DNA of 64,000 nucleotides from Nitrospirota bacterium (GTDB taxonomy: Bacteria; Nitrospirota; Thermodesulfovibrionia; Thermodesulfovibrionales; SM23-35). The notes under the pieces are model-generated. The model saw only the letters and a list, made by a program, of their open reading frames with translations. It did no database searches and was not told where the DNA came from. The DNA lies in the NCBI GenBank assembly GCA_040757475.1, contig JBFLWW010000004.1, positions 31,676 to 95,675 on the forward strand, written 5' to 3'. Positions 53,052 through 64,000 of this stretch are shown piece by piece. The first letter of the stretch is position 1. Every line of letters starts with the position of its first letter. A program made the position numbers and the translations under genes.

Positions 53052-53867
53052 ATGAAGACTCTCGGATTAATAGCAGGCACAGGCGAATTACCAAAGGTTA
53101 TTGCTAGTGAGGCACGGGCGCAGGGATACACAATCGTTGCTATCGCACTCGATTCCTTAGCTGACAGATCACTCACTTCATATGTGGATGAAATAAAATG
53201 GGTAAGTGTTGGAAGACTCGGGGAGATGATAGATTCTCTAAAAGAATACGACATAAAAGAAGCGGTTATGGCCGGAAAAGTGCCGAAGTCACTGCTTTAT
53301 AAAAGCAAAATCATACCTGACCTGAAGGCTGTAAAACTCCTGTTTTCTTTGAAGGATAGAAGCGATGATTCAATCCTGATAGCTATTGCAAAGGAGATTG
53401 AAAAAGAAGGCATTAACCTTCTTGATATAACTCCTTTCATCTCAGGCATTCTCACACCTGAAGGGGTACTTACAGAAGACAGCCCTACCGAGGATGAGTG
53501 GAAAGATATCGAATTTGGCTGGAGGATTGCTAAGGAGATAGGTAGGCTCGACATAGGACAGGCTGTTGTGGTCAAAAATCAGGCTGTGATGGCTGTAGAA
53601 GCCATCGAGGGAACAGATGAGGCGATAAGGAGAGGAGGGGGGCTTGCAGGCGGAGGTGCTGTAGTCGTGAAGGTAAGCAAACCCAATCAGGATATGAGAT
53701 TTGATGTACCTGTCGTGGGATTAAATACATTAAAGACAATGGTCGAGGTGGATGCGAGGGTCCTTGCTGTTGAGGCAAAAAACAGCATTATCCTTAACAG
53801 AGAGAGGATTATTGAAGAGTCTAAAGGAGCATCTATTTCTGTTGTGGGTTATACTGGACGATATTAA
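53052..53867 (+). CDS. lpxI: UDP-2,3-diacylglucosamine hydrolase LpxI (DUF1009)
   Basis: MKTLGLIAGTGELPKVIA…DIGQAVVVKNQAVMAVEAIEGTDEAIRRGG, the LpxI family pattern. Confidence 0.8.
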   Translation: MKTLGLIAGTGELPKVIASEARAQGYTIVAIALDSLADRSLTSYVDEIKWVSVGRLGEMIDSLKEYDIKEAVMAGKVPKSLLYKSKIIPDLKAVKLLFSLKDRSDDSILIAIAKEIEKEGINLLDITPFISGILTPEGVLTEDSPTEDEWKDIEFGWRIAKEIGRLDIGQAVVVKNQAVMAVEAIEGTDEAIRRGGGLAGGGAVVVKVSKPNQDMRFDVPVVGLNTLKTMVEVDARVLAVEAKNSIILNRERIIEESKGASISVVGYTGRY

Positions 53868-53975
53868 TCTTGGGTATGATTTTCCATGAATTTTTTCTTG
53901 ACAACATCTATAATTTTACTGTATCTTTTCAAGCCTGAGAGGGCAGTAATTTTAATCTTGAAGGGGGGTAGAGAA

Positions 53976-54367
53976 TTGTATGCGTTAGGAACCCATCTTT
54001 TAGTGGAATTAAGGGACTGTAATCCCGAAATTCTGAAGAGCATTGAGAAGGTAAGAAATATCTTAGTCTCTGCAGCAAAGGAAGCCAAGGCAACAGTAAT
54101 TGATACTTCCTTTCACGAATTCAATCCATTCGGTATTAGTGGTATGATAGTTATAGCAGAATCCCACATCTCAATTCACACATGGCCTGAATATGGTTAT
54201 GCGGCTGCTGACATCTTTACATGTGGTGATATTATAAAACCAGAGGTAGCTGTTTCATATCTCATCAAGCAGTTCAGAAGCAAAAACCCATCCGTTGTTG
54301 AAATAAAAAGAGGAATACTCTCTCACAAAAATGAGAAACTACCACACAAGGTTTCTGCTGCTGAACT

Positions 54368-54383
<16 letters not shown>
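53976..54383 (+). CDS. speH: S-adenosylmethionine decarboxylase proenzyme (SpeH type)
   Basis: …LGTHLLVELRDC…AESHISIHTWPEYGYAAADIFTCG (ES self-cleavage site). TTG 53976 lies behind GGGGGG. The ATG at 53886 would add 30 atypical residues. Confidence 0.8.
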
Positions 54384-56740
<2,357 letters not shown>

Positions 56741-57979
56741 TCACCATTTATTTATAACAATTCCTGTTAAGAGTTTTGGATAAAAATATGTTGACTTTGG
56801 CGGCATCCTCACTGATGATAGGGCAGCCTTTTCAACATCTTCAACCTTTGTAGGATTTAGGAAAAAGGCTGCACCAAACTGTCCCTTTCTTACTTTATTG
56901 ATAGCCTCGTTTACATCCATCTCATATGATATATCGGTTGCATTGAGTATTTTTTTAAGTATCAAATCATGCAGTATAGTTACATCCAGTTCCCTGAGTC
57001 CGGGGTGTACATCAGAAAGGTTGCCTCCTCGATACCTGAGGATATGCCATCCTTCATTGAGATTATGGAAAAAACCAAAGACATGTCTTCCACCGGCTAT
57101 TCTTTTTGTTATATCAAAATCCACCCTAACAGGCTCAATCTCAAAATACCTGGTGAGTCTCTCGATTGCATTGTCCGAAATATCTTTAATAAGTATGTGG
57201 GTTGGAAGTATTGTCAAACCCCCATCAGAGATATTTGTGAGAAACATAAGCACATAATCAAAAGGCTCTTTGCCAGCAGAAAATGCTCTCCTTTCTCTCA
57301 CCTCCCTCTGAAACTCGAGAGCTGTCTCATATCTGTGGTGTCCGTCTGCAATGAAGACCGCCTTATCTTCAAGTTCTTTTCTTATAACCTCTATATCGTT
57401 TCTTTCACTAACCTCCCAGAGCCTGTGGATAGCGCCATCAGCGTCTCTTGCCTCAATATAGGGTTCTGTCATGCTGATTCTCGATAGGACAGTTGATGCC
57501 TTTTTTTCTGGACTGTTATAGAGTGAGAATATCGGACTTGTGTTTGCCTCACATACCCTCACAATGTTTAACCTGTCCTGTTTTGGTTTTGAGTAAGTAC
57601 ACTCGTGCGGATGGATGTTCCCAGCACCGAATTCCTCAAGTCTCACAAGCCCGATGAACCCGAGAAGCCGTTTATCTTCTCCATCTGTCCTGTAAGATAT
57701 CTCATACACGTATAATGATGGTTTTTCGCTCCTGATAAATATGCTGTCCTTTATCCATGCATCGAGGTATGCCCTTGCCCTTGTGTATCTGTTTTCTGAT
57801 TCACTATCTCCGGGGTAATCTTTTCCAAGATCTATCCTGACTATGTTATAAGGACTCTTTCTATAGAGCTCATCCTGATATTCAGGCGTTATAATATCAT
57901 ACGGAGGTGCCAACACATCCTCCACAGAGACCCTGGATACATTGTAAAGAATTCCTCTGAAAGGGACTATCTCAGCCAT
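56741..57979 (-). CDS. DUF1015 family protein
   Basis: MAEIVPFRGILYN…FIADGHHRYETAL…YFYPKL, the DUF1015 pattern. Confidence 0.8.
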   Translation of the reverse strand: MAEIVPFRGILYNVSRVSVEDVLAPPYDIITPEYQDELYRKSPYNIVRIDLGKDYPGDSESENRYTRARAYLDAWIKDSIFIRSEKPSLYVYEISYRTDGEDKRLLGFIGLVRLEEFGAGNIHPHECTYSKPKQDRLNIVRVCEANTSPIFSLYNSPEKKASTVLSRISMTEPYIEARDADGAIHRLWEVSERNDIEVIRKELEDKAVFIADGHHRYETALEFQREVRERRAFSAGKEPFDYVLMFLTNISDGGLTILPTHILIKDISDNAIERLTRYFEIEPVRVDFDITKRIAGGRHVFGFFHNLNEGWHILRYRGGNLSDVHPGLRELDVTILHDLILKKILNATDISYEMDVNEAINKVRKGQFGAAFFLNPTKVEDVEKAALSSVRMPPKSTYFYPKLLTGIVINKW

Positions 57980-58155
57980 TCTTAAAAAATTCTATAAAAA
58001 AGTTTAATATCTTAGCATGGCGGGAATGTTAAATTCAAACGATATTGATTAACCCAAAAAACTATATGTTGACATAACGAATCTGCAGTCATATGATATT
58101 TAATCAGAAGGCGTTTATTTAAAAAGAGAAAGGGGACACACCATGAAGGCATTTT

Positions 58156-58902
58156 TTGAGCAGAATTTTTAAGGGGTTTTCAATTCTTTTTATCAGTGCT
58201 GGATTGTTTTGGGGATGCGCTGCTTATGAGATGGTGCACAACAAGCCGGTTCTTTTTGTACTTAAGGAACTTCCAAAGGCTGAGAGGGCCCTTGAAGAGG
58301 CCCGACTCTCAGGGGCAGCGACCAAATGCCCTGAAGAGTTTCAGAAGGCCCAGGCCATGCTGGACGAAGCCTACAGGATTTACTGGAAGTGCAGAGATGA
58401 TGAGGCTGTAGAAAAGGCCAAGGCAGTTATAGACAAAGCAAAATCCCTTTGTCCTCCTCTTGCACCTGAACCAGTTCCTGCGGTTACCCCATCACCTCCT
58501 GCACTACCTCCATCACCAGAGCCAAGGCCGGAACCAGCAAAGGTTATAATTTTTAAAGATGTTTATTTTGATTTCGACAGGATACTTCTTACAAAAGAAA
58601 CTGAAGAAACCCTAAAAAAGGAATATACAGATATTGAAAGAAAACATAGAAGTAAAGGTGCAGATAGAGGGCCATGCCTGTGCCCATGGCAGAGAAAATA
58701 CAACCTGTTACTTGGCGAGCGGAGGGCTGCTGCTGTGAAAGAATACCTCATAAAAGAAGGTGGTATATCGCCTGACAGACTGATTACAATAAGTTATGGT
58801 GAAAGTCACTTGGCAATGCCAGAAATACCAACCCCTAAGAATAAGAACTCTAAAGAAGCAAAGGCCAATAGAAGGGTGCACTTTAAGATTATCCCTAAAT
58901 AA
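58156..58902 (+). CDS. OmpA-domain lipoprotein, reading frame disturbed at three homopolymers
   Basis: Lipobox LFWGC and a Pro-rich linker. OmpA core …VYFDFD… and …KYNLLLGERRAAAVKEYL… are in frame. The segment in between encodes VQIEGHACAHG only in the +1 frame (58614-58698). Confidence 0.7.
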   Translation: MSRIFKGFSILFISAGLFWGCAAYEMVHNKPVLFVLKELPKAERALEEARLSGAATKCPEEFQKAQAMLDEAYRIYWKCRDDEAVEKAKAVIDKAKSLCPPLAPEPVPAVTPSPPALPPSPEPRPEPAKVIIFKDVYFDFDRILLTKETEETLKKEYTDIERKHRSKGADRGPCLCPWQRKYNLLLGERRAAAVKEYLIKEGGISPDRLITISYGESHLAMPEIPTPKNKNSKEAKANRRVHFKIIPK

Positions 58903-58907
58903 GGTTA

Positions 58908-59459
58908 TTGTTGGAAGATATCTCGCTTCATATACTCGATATCGTAGAGAATTCCATTGCTGCTGGCGCGGACAAGATTGAGATAAAAATCCTTGAAGAC
59001 ATCAAAAAGGATATTTTTTTGATTGAGATAAAAGACAATGGTAAGGGGATAAGTCAGGAAGTCCTGAAAAAGGTAATGGACCCTTTCTATACTACAAGGA
59101 CAACGAGGAGAGTAGGTCTGGGGCTTTCTTTCCTGTACCAGTCCGCAAAAGAAGCAGAAGGAGACATGTCTATCACATCCGAAGAAGGCACTGGAACTGT
59201 TGTTTCTGCACATTTCAAACACAGCCATATAGACAGAAAACCACTCGGCAACATAGTAGATACACTAATTGTGTTGATTGCTGGCAATCCTGACATTAAT
59301 TTCCTTTACGAGCACAGACGGGATGATAAAACCTATTCTGTGAATACAGAAGATATCAAATCCGAGCTCGAAGGCATCCCCATAAACTCTGCTGGTGTAA
59401 TAAAACTCATTAAGGAGGATATCCAGAGCGGCCTGAGAAATATTGGTGCATTCTTTTAA
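58908..59459 (+). CDS. stand-alone GHKL (histidine-kinase-like) ATPase domain protein
   Basis: N-box LDIVENS, G1 KDNGKGI, G2 GLGLSF. There is no HisKA or sensor domain. TTG start. Confidence 0.65.
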   Translation: MLEDISLHILDIVENSIAAGADKIEIKILEDIKKDIFLIEIKDNGKGISQEVLKKVMDPFYTTRTTRRVGLGLSFLYQSAKEAEGDMSITSEEGTGTVVSAHFKHSHIDRKPLGNIVDTLIVLIAGNPDINFLYEHRRDDKTYSVNTEDIKSELEGIPINSAGVIKLIKEDIQSGLRNIGAFF

Positions 59460-59464
59460 CTTTT

Positions 59465-61213
59465 TTATCTAATATACGCCTCTGTTACATACCTCCTCAT
59501 CATCCTGTGGCTATTGAAGTAATAAGCATTTTTACCTATAGCATTCTGCATCATCCTTATCCAGATTTGTCTATTATTATAAAAGAGGGGGATAATTATA
59601 TATTCGAGTTTATTGTAAAGGTCATCGGCATCTCTGGCATCCATATCATCAACCAGTCTTGTTTCTGTAGGGCTTGGTCCTATAGACCAACCCGTGAACC
59701 CCTCTATATGACCTTCTATCCACCACCCATCAAGCACACTGAAATTTAATACTCCATTGTGTGCTGCCTTCATACCACTTGTGCCTGATGCCTCTCTCGG
59801 CCTCAAAGGGGTATTAAGCCATACATCAACTCCGGAGACAAGCTTGAGTGCAATATCCATATCATAATCTTTTAGATAAACCATCTTAATCTTATCCTTG
59901 AGCATCTCCTTGAAAGAGAATATCCTCTCTATCAGCCTTTTGCCAGGCTCGTCTTTAGGGTGTGCCTTTCCTGCATATATAATCTGGAGTTTTCCTGTGC
60001 CTATCCTTTCAAGCCTTTCTATATTGCTAAATAAGAGGTCTGCCCTTTTATATGCGGTCGCCCTTCTTGCAAATCCTATTGTAAGAATATCAGGGCTCAT
60101 CTCAACACCTGTAGTTTCTCTGACATAATCTAAAAGAATCCTTTTTGCCTCCATGTGTGCATTCCAGATCTCTTCATCAGGGATACGGCCAACCCTTACA
60201 AATAATTCAGGTTCATTGGCCCAGCCAGGAAGATATTTATCATACAGCCTTTTAAAACTGTCGCATGTCCATGTATATGAATGAACGCCGTTCGTGATGG
60301 CACTGATTTCGTATCCAGGGAACATGTGTTGCGAGACCTCACTGTGTTTTTTTGCAACTCCATTAACGAATTCACTCAGATTAAGTGCAAGCATGGTCAT
60401 ATTGAGGTAATCACTGCCTGCAAGCTCTTTTAAAACATTGAAGGGTATTGGTTCCCCCATAATCCTGCTGACAAGGTCATAAGAAAATTTATCATGGCCT
60501 GCCTCAACAGGCGTATGTGTTGTGAATACGCAGAGGTCTTTTACCCTGTCTACGTTCCAGACGAGTTTTTCATCCCAGACATCTTCTATAGGCCGTTTAT
60601 ATCTATTGAGAAGCTCAATAGTGAGCAGGCTCGCATGACCCTCATTCATGTGATATTTCTTTATCTCAAAGCCAAGCTCATGGAGCATCCTTATACCACC
60701 AATGCCGAGGACTATCTCCTGCTTCAGTCTGTATGCCTGGTCACCACCATAGAGATAAGAGGTAATCTCTCTGTCATCCGGTGTATTCCCTTCTACATCT
60801 GTATCGAGGAAGAAGACCGGTACAATACCACCTGTGAGACTTTTTACATTATATTGCCATGCCTGCACAGCGACATCTCTTCCCTCAATCTGGATGGTAA
60901 TCTTTGCAGGAAGTAATGTCATATACTTAGATGGGTCACAGCAGACAGGGTGTTCTATCTGTCTTCCCTTCTCATCCAGCTCCTGTCTGAAATATCCCTT
61001 TTTGCTGATAAGGGTGACGGCAACCATTGGAAGTTTAAGGTCAGCACTCGATCTAATAGTATCGCCAGCGAGTACACCAAGACCACCACTGTATGTAGGG
61101 ATATCGTTCTGGATGCCTATCTCCATAGAGAAGTATGCTATCCTGGGTTCTTTTGTGAGCTCAAGAAGTTGATTACATGCTAAATTCATGGTTATATATT
61201 CTAAGCTATTCAC
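59465..61213 (-). CDS. glgP: alpha-glucan phosphorylase (GT35)
   Basis: IAYFSMEIG…GGLGVLAGD…HMNEGH…TNGVH…EASGTSGMKA. The start could be Met9 (61189). Confidence 0.9.
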   Translation of the reverse strand: MNSLEYITMNLACNQLLELTKEPRIAYFSMEIGIQNDIPTYSGGLGVLAGDTIRSSADLKLPMVAVTLISKKGYFRQELDEKGRQIEHPVCCDPSKYMTLLPAKITIQIEGRDVAVQAWQYNVKSLTGGIVPVFFLDTDVEGNTPDDREITSYLYGGDQAYRLKQEIVLGIGGIRMLHELGFEIKKYHMNEGHASLLTIELLNRYKRPIEDVWDEKLVWNVDRVKDLCVFTTHTPVEAGHDKFSYDLVSRIMGEPIPFNVLKELAGSDYLNMTMLALNLSEFVNGVAKKHSEVSQHMFPGYEISAITNGVHSYTWTCDSFKRLYDKYLPGWANEPELFVRVGRIPDEEIWNAHMEAKRILLDYVRETTGVEMSPDILTIGFARRATAYKRADLLFSNIERLERIGTGKLQIIYAGKAHPKDEPGKRLIERIFSFKEMLKDKIKMVYLKDYDMDIALKLVSGVDVWLNTPLRPREASGTSGMKAAHNGVLNFSVLDGWWIEGHIEGFTGWSIGPSPTETRLVDDMDARDADDLYNKLEYIIIPLFYNNRQIWIRMMQNAIGKNAYYFNSHRMMRRYVTEAYIR

Positions 61214-61241
61214 ATCATGATAAACAACAGGCTAAATTACC

Positions 61242-61619
61242 TTATGTCCTGTGTTTTCTCAAATCTTTTTCTGAAAGCCCGAAATAGTGCCCTACTTCAT
61301 GCACCAGAGTTTTAGTAATCTGTTCAATCAGTTCTTTTTCTGATAAACAGAGGTTCTCGATATTTCTCTGAAAGAGTATAATCTTATCTGGTATTGGATA
61401 AGGTATATCAAAAAATCCTCCTTTCCTTGTGTAAGGAACTCCCCTAAAAAGACCGAGTAGTAAACCCCCTGAGCCTGTGAGATTGCGGTCTTCCTTTGAG
61501 GGATAGTCTTCAATAATGATTGTCATGTTGGTGAAATACTTTTTGAATTCTTCGGGTAGTTCTTCAACAGCCCTTTCAACAAGCCTTTCAAAGTCTATTC
61601 TGGCTACTCGGTAAGGCAT
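61242..61619 (-). CDS. zincin-like metallopeptidase family protein (DUF1025-like)
   Basis: 125 aa with a C-terminal HEVGHYFG (HExxH) motif. Confidence 0.7.
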   Translation of the reverse strand: MPYRVARIDFERLVERAVEELPEEFKKYFTNMTIIIEDYPSKEDRNLTGSGGLLLGLFRGVPYTRKGGFFDIPYPIPDKIILFQRNIENLCLSEKELIEQITKTLVHEVGHYFGLSEKDLRKHRT

Positions 61620-62351
61620 TTATTCTAATAATTCATTGAAATCAAAAATATGTAAAAAATCTTTTGACCCTGAACTTGATTCAGGGCCTGGTTTAATTTT
61701 TGAATTCGACCTTGTCTTATGAAGGATATACCTGATTCCATATTTTTGGGCTGTTTTTAAAACCTCCTCTGTATCATCAATGAAGAGTGTTTTTTCTTTA
61801 GCAAAACCAAGTCGCCTTTCTGCCTCTCTCCAGAACTCAATACTTTCCTTTGGATAACCGGCATCAAATGAAGAAAGTACAGAGTCAAAATACCTTCCTA
61901 TACGGGTTTTTTTGAGTTTTAGGTTAATAGCCTTATAATGGGCATTTGTGACGAGAAAGACCTTTTTCCTGTGTCTTTTAAGCATCTTTAGGAAATCCTC
62001 GACATGTGGATGAACCTCTATAAGATGTTTAATCTGTTCTTTCAGGGCAGGAATATCAAGGTCAAGTTCCTCTGACCAGAAGTCGAGGTCTGTCCAGTTT
62101 AAGGTGCCCTCATGAATCTTATATTTTCCCATGAGCTCCTCTTTTGCCTTCCCGAATGTAATATTATGTTTCTCAGCATACTTTTCGGGTACAAGGTGCT
62201 CCCAGAAGTAGTCATCGAAATATCTGTCAAGAAGTGTCCCGTCCATGTCGAGGAGAATGTATTTTATGTCTTTTATAGGTATTAGGGGATAAATAGACAC
62301 AGTCTTAGAGTTTTCCCTTGGTTGATGGCACACCTTCAACTCTCGAATCAA
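61620..62351 (-). CDS. HAD-superfamily hydrolase
   Basis: Motif [11 protein letters not shown] plus later HAD motifs (…LVTNA…, …FIDD…). The start is uncertain; GTG 62300, just after the hisB stop, is plausible. Confidence 0.75.
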   Translation of the reverse strand: MIRELKVCHQPRENSKTVSIYPLIPIKDIKYILLDMDGTLLDRYFDDYFWEHLVPEKYAEKHNITFGKAKEELMGKYKIHEGTLNWTDLDFWSEELDLDIPALKEQIKHLIEVHPHVEDFLKMLKRHRKKVFLVTNAHYKAINLKLKKTRIGRYFDSVLSSFDAGYPKESIEFWREAERRLGFAKEKTLFIDDTEEVLKTAQKYGIRYILHKTRSNSKIKPGPESSSGSKDFLHIFDFNELLE

Positions 62352-62892
62352 TGGCTACGGCCTCTCTAATCGCCCTTCCAAGTCCCTTAAAGATTGCCTC
62401 AACTATGTGGTGAATGTTCCTGCCATAAAAAACATTAACATGAAGTGTAATACTGCTGTGACTCACAAATGCCTGAAGAAAATCCTCGATTAAATCAGCG
62501 TCAAAGTTTTTAATCCTCACTTTTTTAGGGAATTCTACTCTGTAAACAAGATATGGTCGTCCGCTAATATCGAGACTGACTGATGCAAGTGCCTCATCCA
62601 TTGGCACAGTTGCCTGGCCGTATCTCGATATCCCTTTCATATCTCCAAGTGCTTGTTTAACTGCTTTGCCGAGGACTATACCTATGTCCTCAACAGTGTG
62701 ATGATAGTCAATGTCTATATCGCCTTTTGCTTTTATCTTCATATCAAAAAGTCCGTGCCTGCACATCAAAGAGAGCATATGGTCAAGGAATGATATGGAA
62801 GTATTTATGGAATATTGCCCCTTGCCATCAAGATTAATAGTAAGCTTTATATCCGTCTCCTTTGTCTTCCTTTCCACCTTAGCTATTCTCAT
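62305..62892 (-). CDS. hisB: imidazoleglycerol-phosphate dehydratase
   Basis: [14 protein letters not shown]…DHMLSL…[12 protein letters not shown]…[14 protein letters not shown]. The start is at Met7 of the track ORF (62910 is also possible). Confidence 0.9.
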   Translation of the reverse strand: MRIAKVERKTKETDIKLTINLDGKGQYSINTSISFLDHMLSLMCRHGLFDMKIKAKGDIDIDYHHTVEDIGIVLGKAVKQALGDMKGISRYGQATVPMDEALASVSLDISGRPYLVYRVEFPKKVRIKNFDADLIEDFLQAFVSHSSITLHVNVFYGRNIHHIVEAIFKGLGRAIREAVAIDSRVEGVPSTKGKL

Positions 62893-63063
62893 TTGTTGCC
62901 TCTTTATCACTCATTTTTGAACCTGAATCCTGCTTTGTTACTTAAGATAACACAAATTCCAAAAATACTACTAAATATATGGTTTTCTGGTATAATAAAT
63001 TTTCTTGATAGCTTTCCCAATAACCTACTTTTTAAATAATTCAGTAATCTGAGGAGGCAGGTT

Positions 63064-63627
63064 GTGGAAGAGAATATAGTCAAAATCATAGGGAGAAAGG
63101 CTGTATGGGAAGGGAGTTTTCTCAGGTGCATCCTTACCACATATATTGACTCATCAGGGGTAATAAGAGAGTGGGAATCATTTGAAAGGGTTAATTGTAA
63201 AGGGATAGTTGCGATAGTGCCTGTGACGGATAATAAAGAGGTGCTCCTGATAAGGCAGTTTAGGCCAGCGGTGAATGGATATGTCATCGAATTTCCAGCA
63301 GGTCTGAATGACAGAGGAGATACACTTGAGAAAGCTGCAAGGAGGGAATTACTCGAAGAGACTGGTTATTCTGCAAGGGAGATGACCTTTCTTGCAGAAG
63401 GGCCTCTGTCCTCAGGGGCTTCGGGAGAGATACTTACGGTGTTTCTTGCAAGGGGACTTGAGTTTAAAGGCATCGGTAGGAGAGATGAGACAGAAAATAT
63501 CGAGGTTCTGAAGATTCCGATAACTGAGCTGTATAATAAATTGTCTAACCTTCAGTCAGAAGGAAATTATGTTGACTTAAAGATATATGGCCTTATGGAG
63601 CTTGCAAGGAAATATTTAACTCTTTGA
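63064..63627 (+). CDS. NUDIX hydrolase (ADP-ribose pyrophosphatase-like)
   Basis: Nudix box PAGLNDRGDTLEKAARRELLEETG. GTG start. Confidence 0.8.
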   Translation: MEENIVKIIGRKAVWEGSFLRCILTTYIDSSGVIREWESFERVNCKGIVAIVPVTDNKEVLLIRQFRPAVNGYVIEFPAGLNDRGDTLEKAARRELLEETGYSAREMTFLAEGPLSSGASGEILTVFLARGLEFKGIGRRDETENIEVLKIPITELYNKLSNLQSEGNYVDLKIYGLMELARKYLTL

Positions 63628-64000
63628 TTTTATCCTCAGAAATTTTCTCTTCCCTGCCTTGAATAGATAATTTCCCCTTGCCAGTTTTCCATCAGGGTTT
63701 TTATATTTATTGCCATCAATCGTAACACCTCCATGCTTGATAAGCCTTATTGCCTCACCTGTGCTTAGTGTTAGCCCTGAAAGTTTCATAATCTTTGGCA
63801 CCCACATCTCATCTTCTTCCCATTCGAGCTCAACTACAGGGACTTCATCAGGCAGGCCCTTTTCCTTAAAGATATGATTAAATTCTTCCTTTGCCCTGAT
63901 GGCCTCATCTTTACCCCAGTATCGCTCAACAATCTCTATAGCAAGATTTTCCTTAGCGTATTTTGGATGGATCTTGCCTTTTTCTATACCCTCTTTAAGT
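63616..64000 (-). CDS. tyrS: tyrosine--tRNA ligase, C-terminal part (continues beyond the 3' edge)
   Basis: The frame is open to the window end. It has a C-terminal S4-like domain (…LSTGEAIRLIKHGGVTIDGNKY…) preceded by …IEIVERYWGKDEAIRAKEEF. Confidence 0.75.
   Translation of the reverse strand, partial: LKEGIEKGKIHPKYAKENLAIEIVERYWGKDEAIRAKEEFNHIFKEKGLPDEVPVVELEWEEDEMWVPKIMKLSGLTLSTGEAIRLIKHGGVTIDGNKYKNPDGKLARGNYLFKAGKRKFLRIKSKS

Noticed and set aside
53886-53975. 30-codon N-terminal extension of speH from ATG 53886
   Set aside because: SpeH-type proenzymes start a few residues before the conserved LG-H-L motif. TTG 53976 has a G-rich RBS. The extension is hydrophobic and atypical.

Overview
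This 64-kb chromosomal window comes from an anaerobic sulfite/sulfate-reducing bacterium. Gene style suggests a Nitrospirota/Thermodesulfovibrio-like lineage, but that is inference only. The core content is a complete reductive dsr locus on the minus strand at 35.9-47.6 kb, in the order dsrA, dsrB, dsrD, dsrN, Cys-rich orf, dsrC, dsrT-like, dsrMKJOP, ferredoxin. Other core genes are an outer-membrane/lipid A cluster (bamA-skp-lpxD-fabZ-lpxA-lpxI), gap-pgk, speH, glgP, hisB/hisH/folK, aspS, mnmA, hxlAB (RuMP), bioB-bioW, a 6-tRNA cluster, hup, a P-type ATPase and a sensor kinase/sigma-54 regulator pair. The livHMGF ABC operon is split between livG and livF by an ~8.3-kb accessory island (12.0-20.3 kb). 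The island carries two intact and one decayed toxin-antitoxin pairs and a diverged duplicate of the livF 5' end. It also carries a type IIG/ISP-like restriction-modification gene interrupted by one in-frame TAA, followed with ATGA coupling by a small CxxC ORF and an unusual TcmP-like::SplB-like radical-SAM fusion. That fusion module is the best candidate for an undescribed DNA-modification/defence module. Other notable points follow. A family of heptanucleotide-repeat (often hairpin-forming) elements lies in intergenic and tRNA spacers and also in-frame inside several conserved genes (bioW, livF, livM, dsrN, skp, P-type ATPase). G5/C5 palindromes are inserted in-frame in mnmA. A ~75-nt promoter block is shared by dsrA and dsrC. 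There is a decayed group-3b-like [NiFe]-hydrogenase operon. An OmpA-like gene has compensating frameshifts at homopolymers. All family calls are by eye from the translations; no database search was possible.
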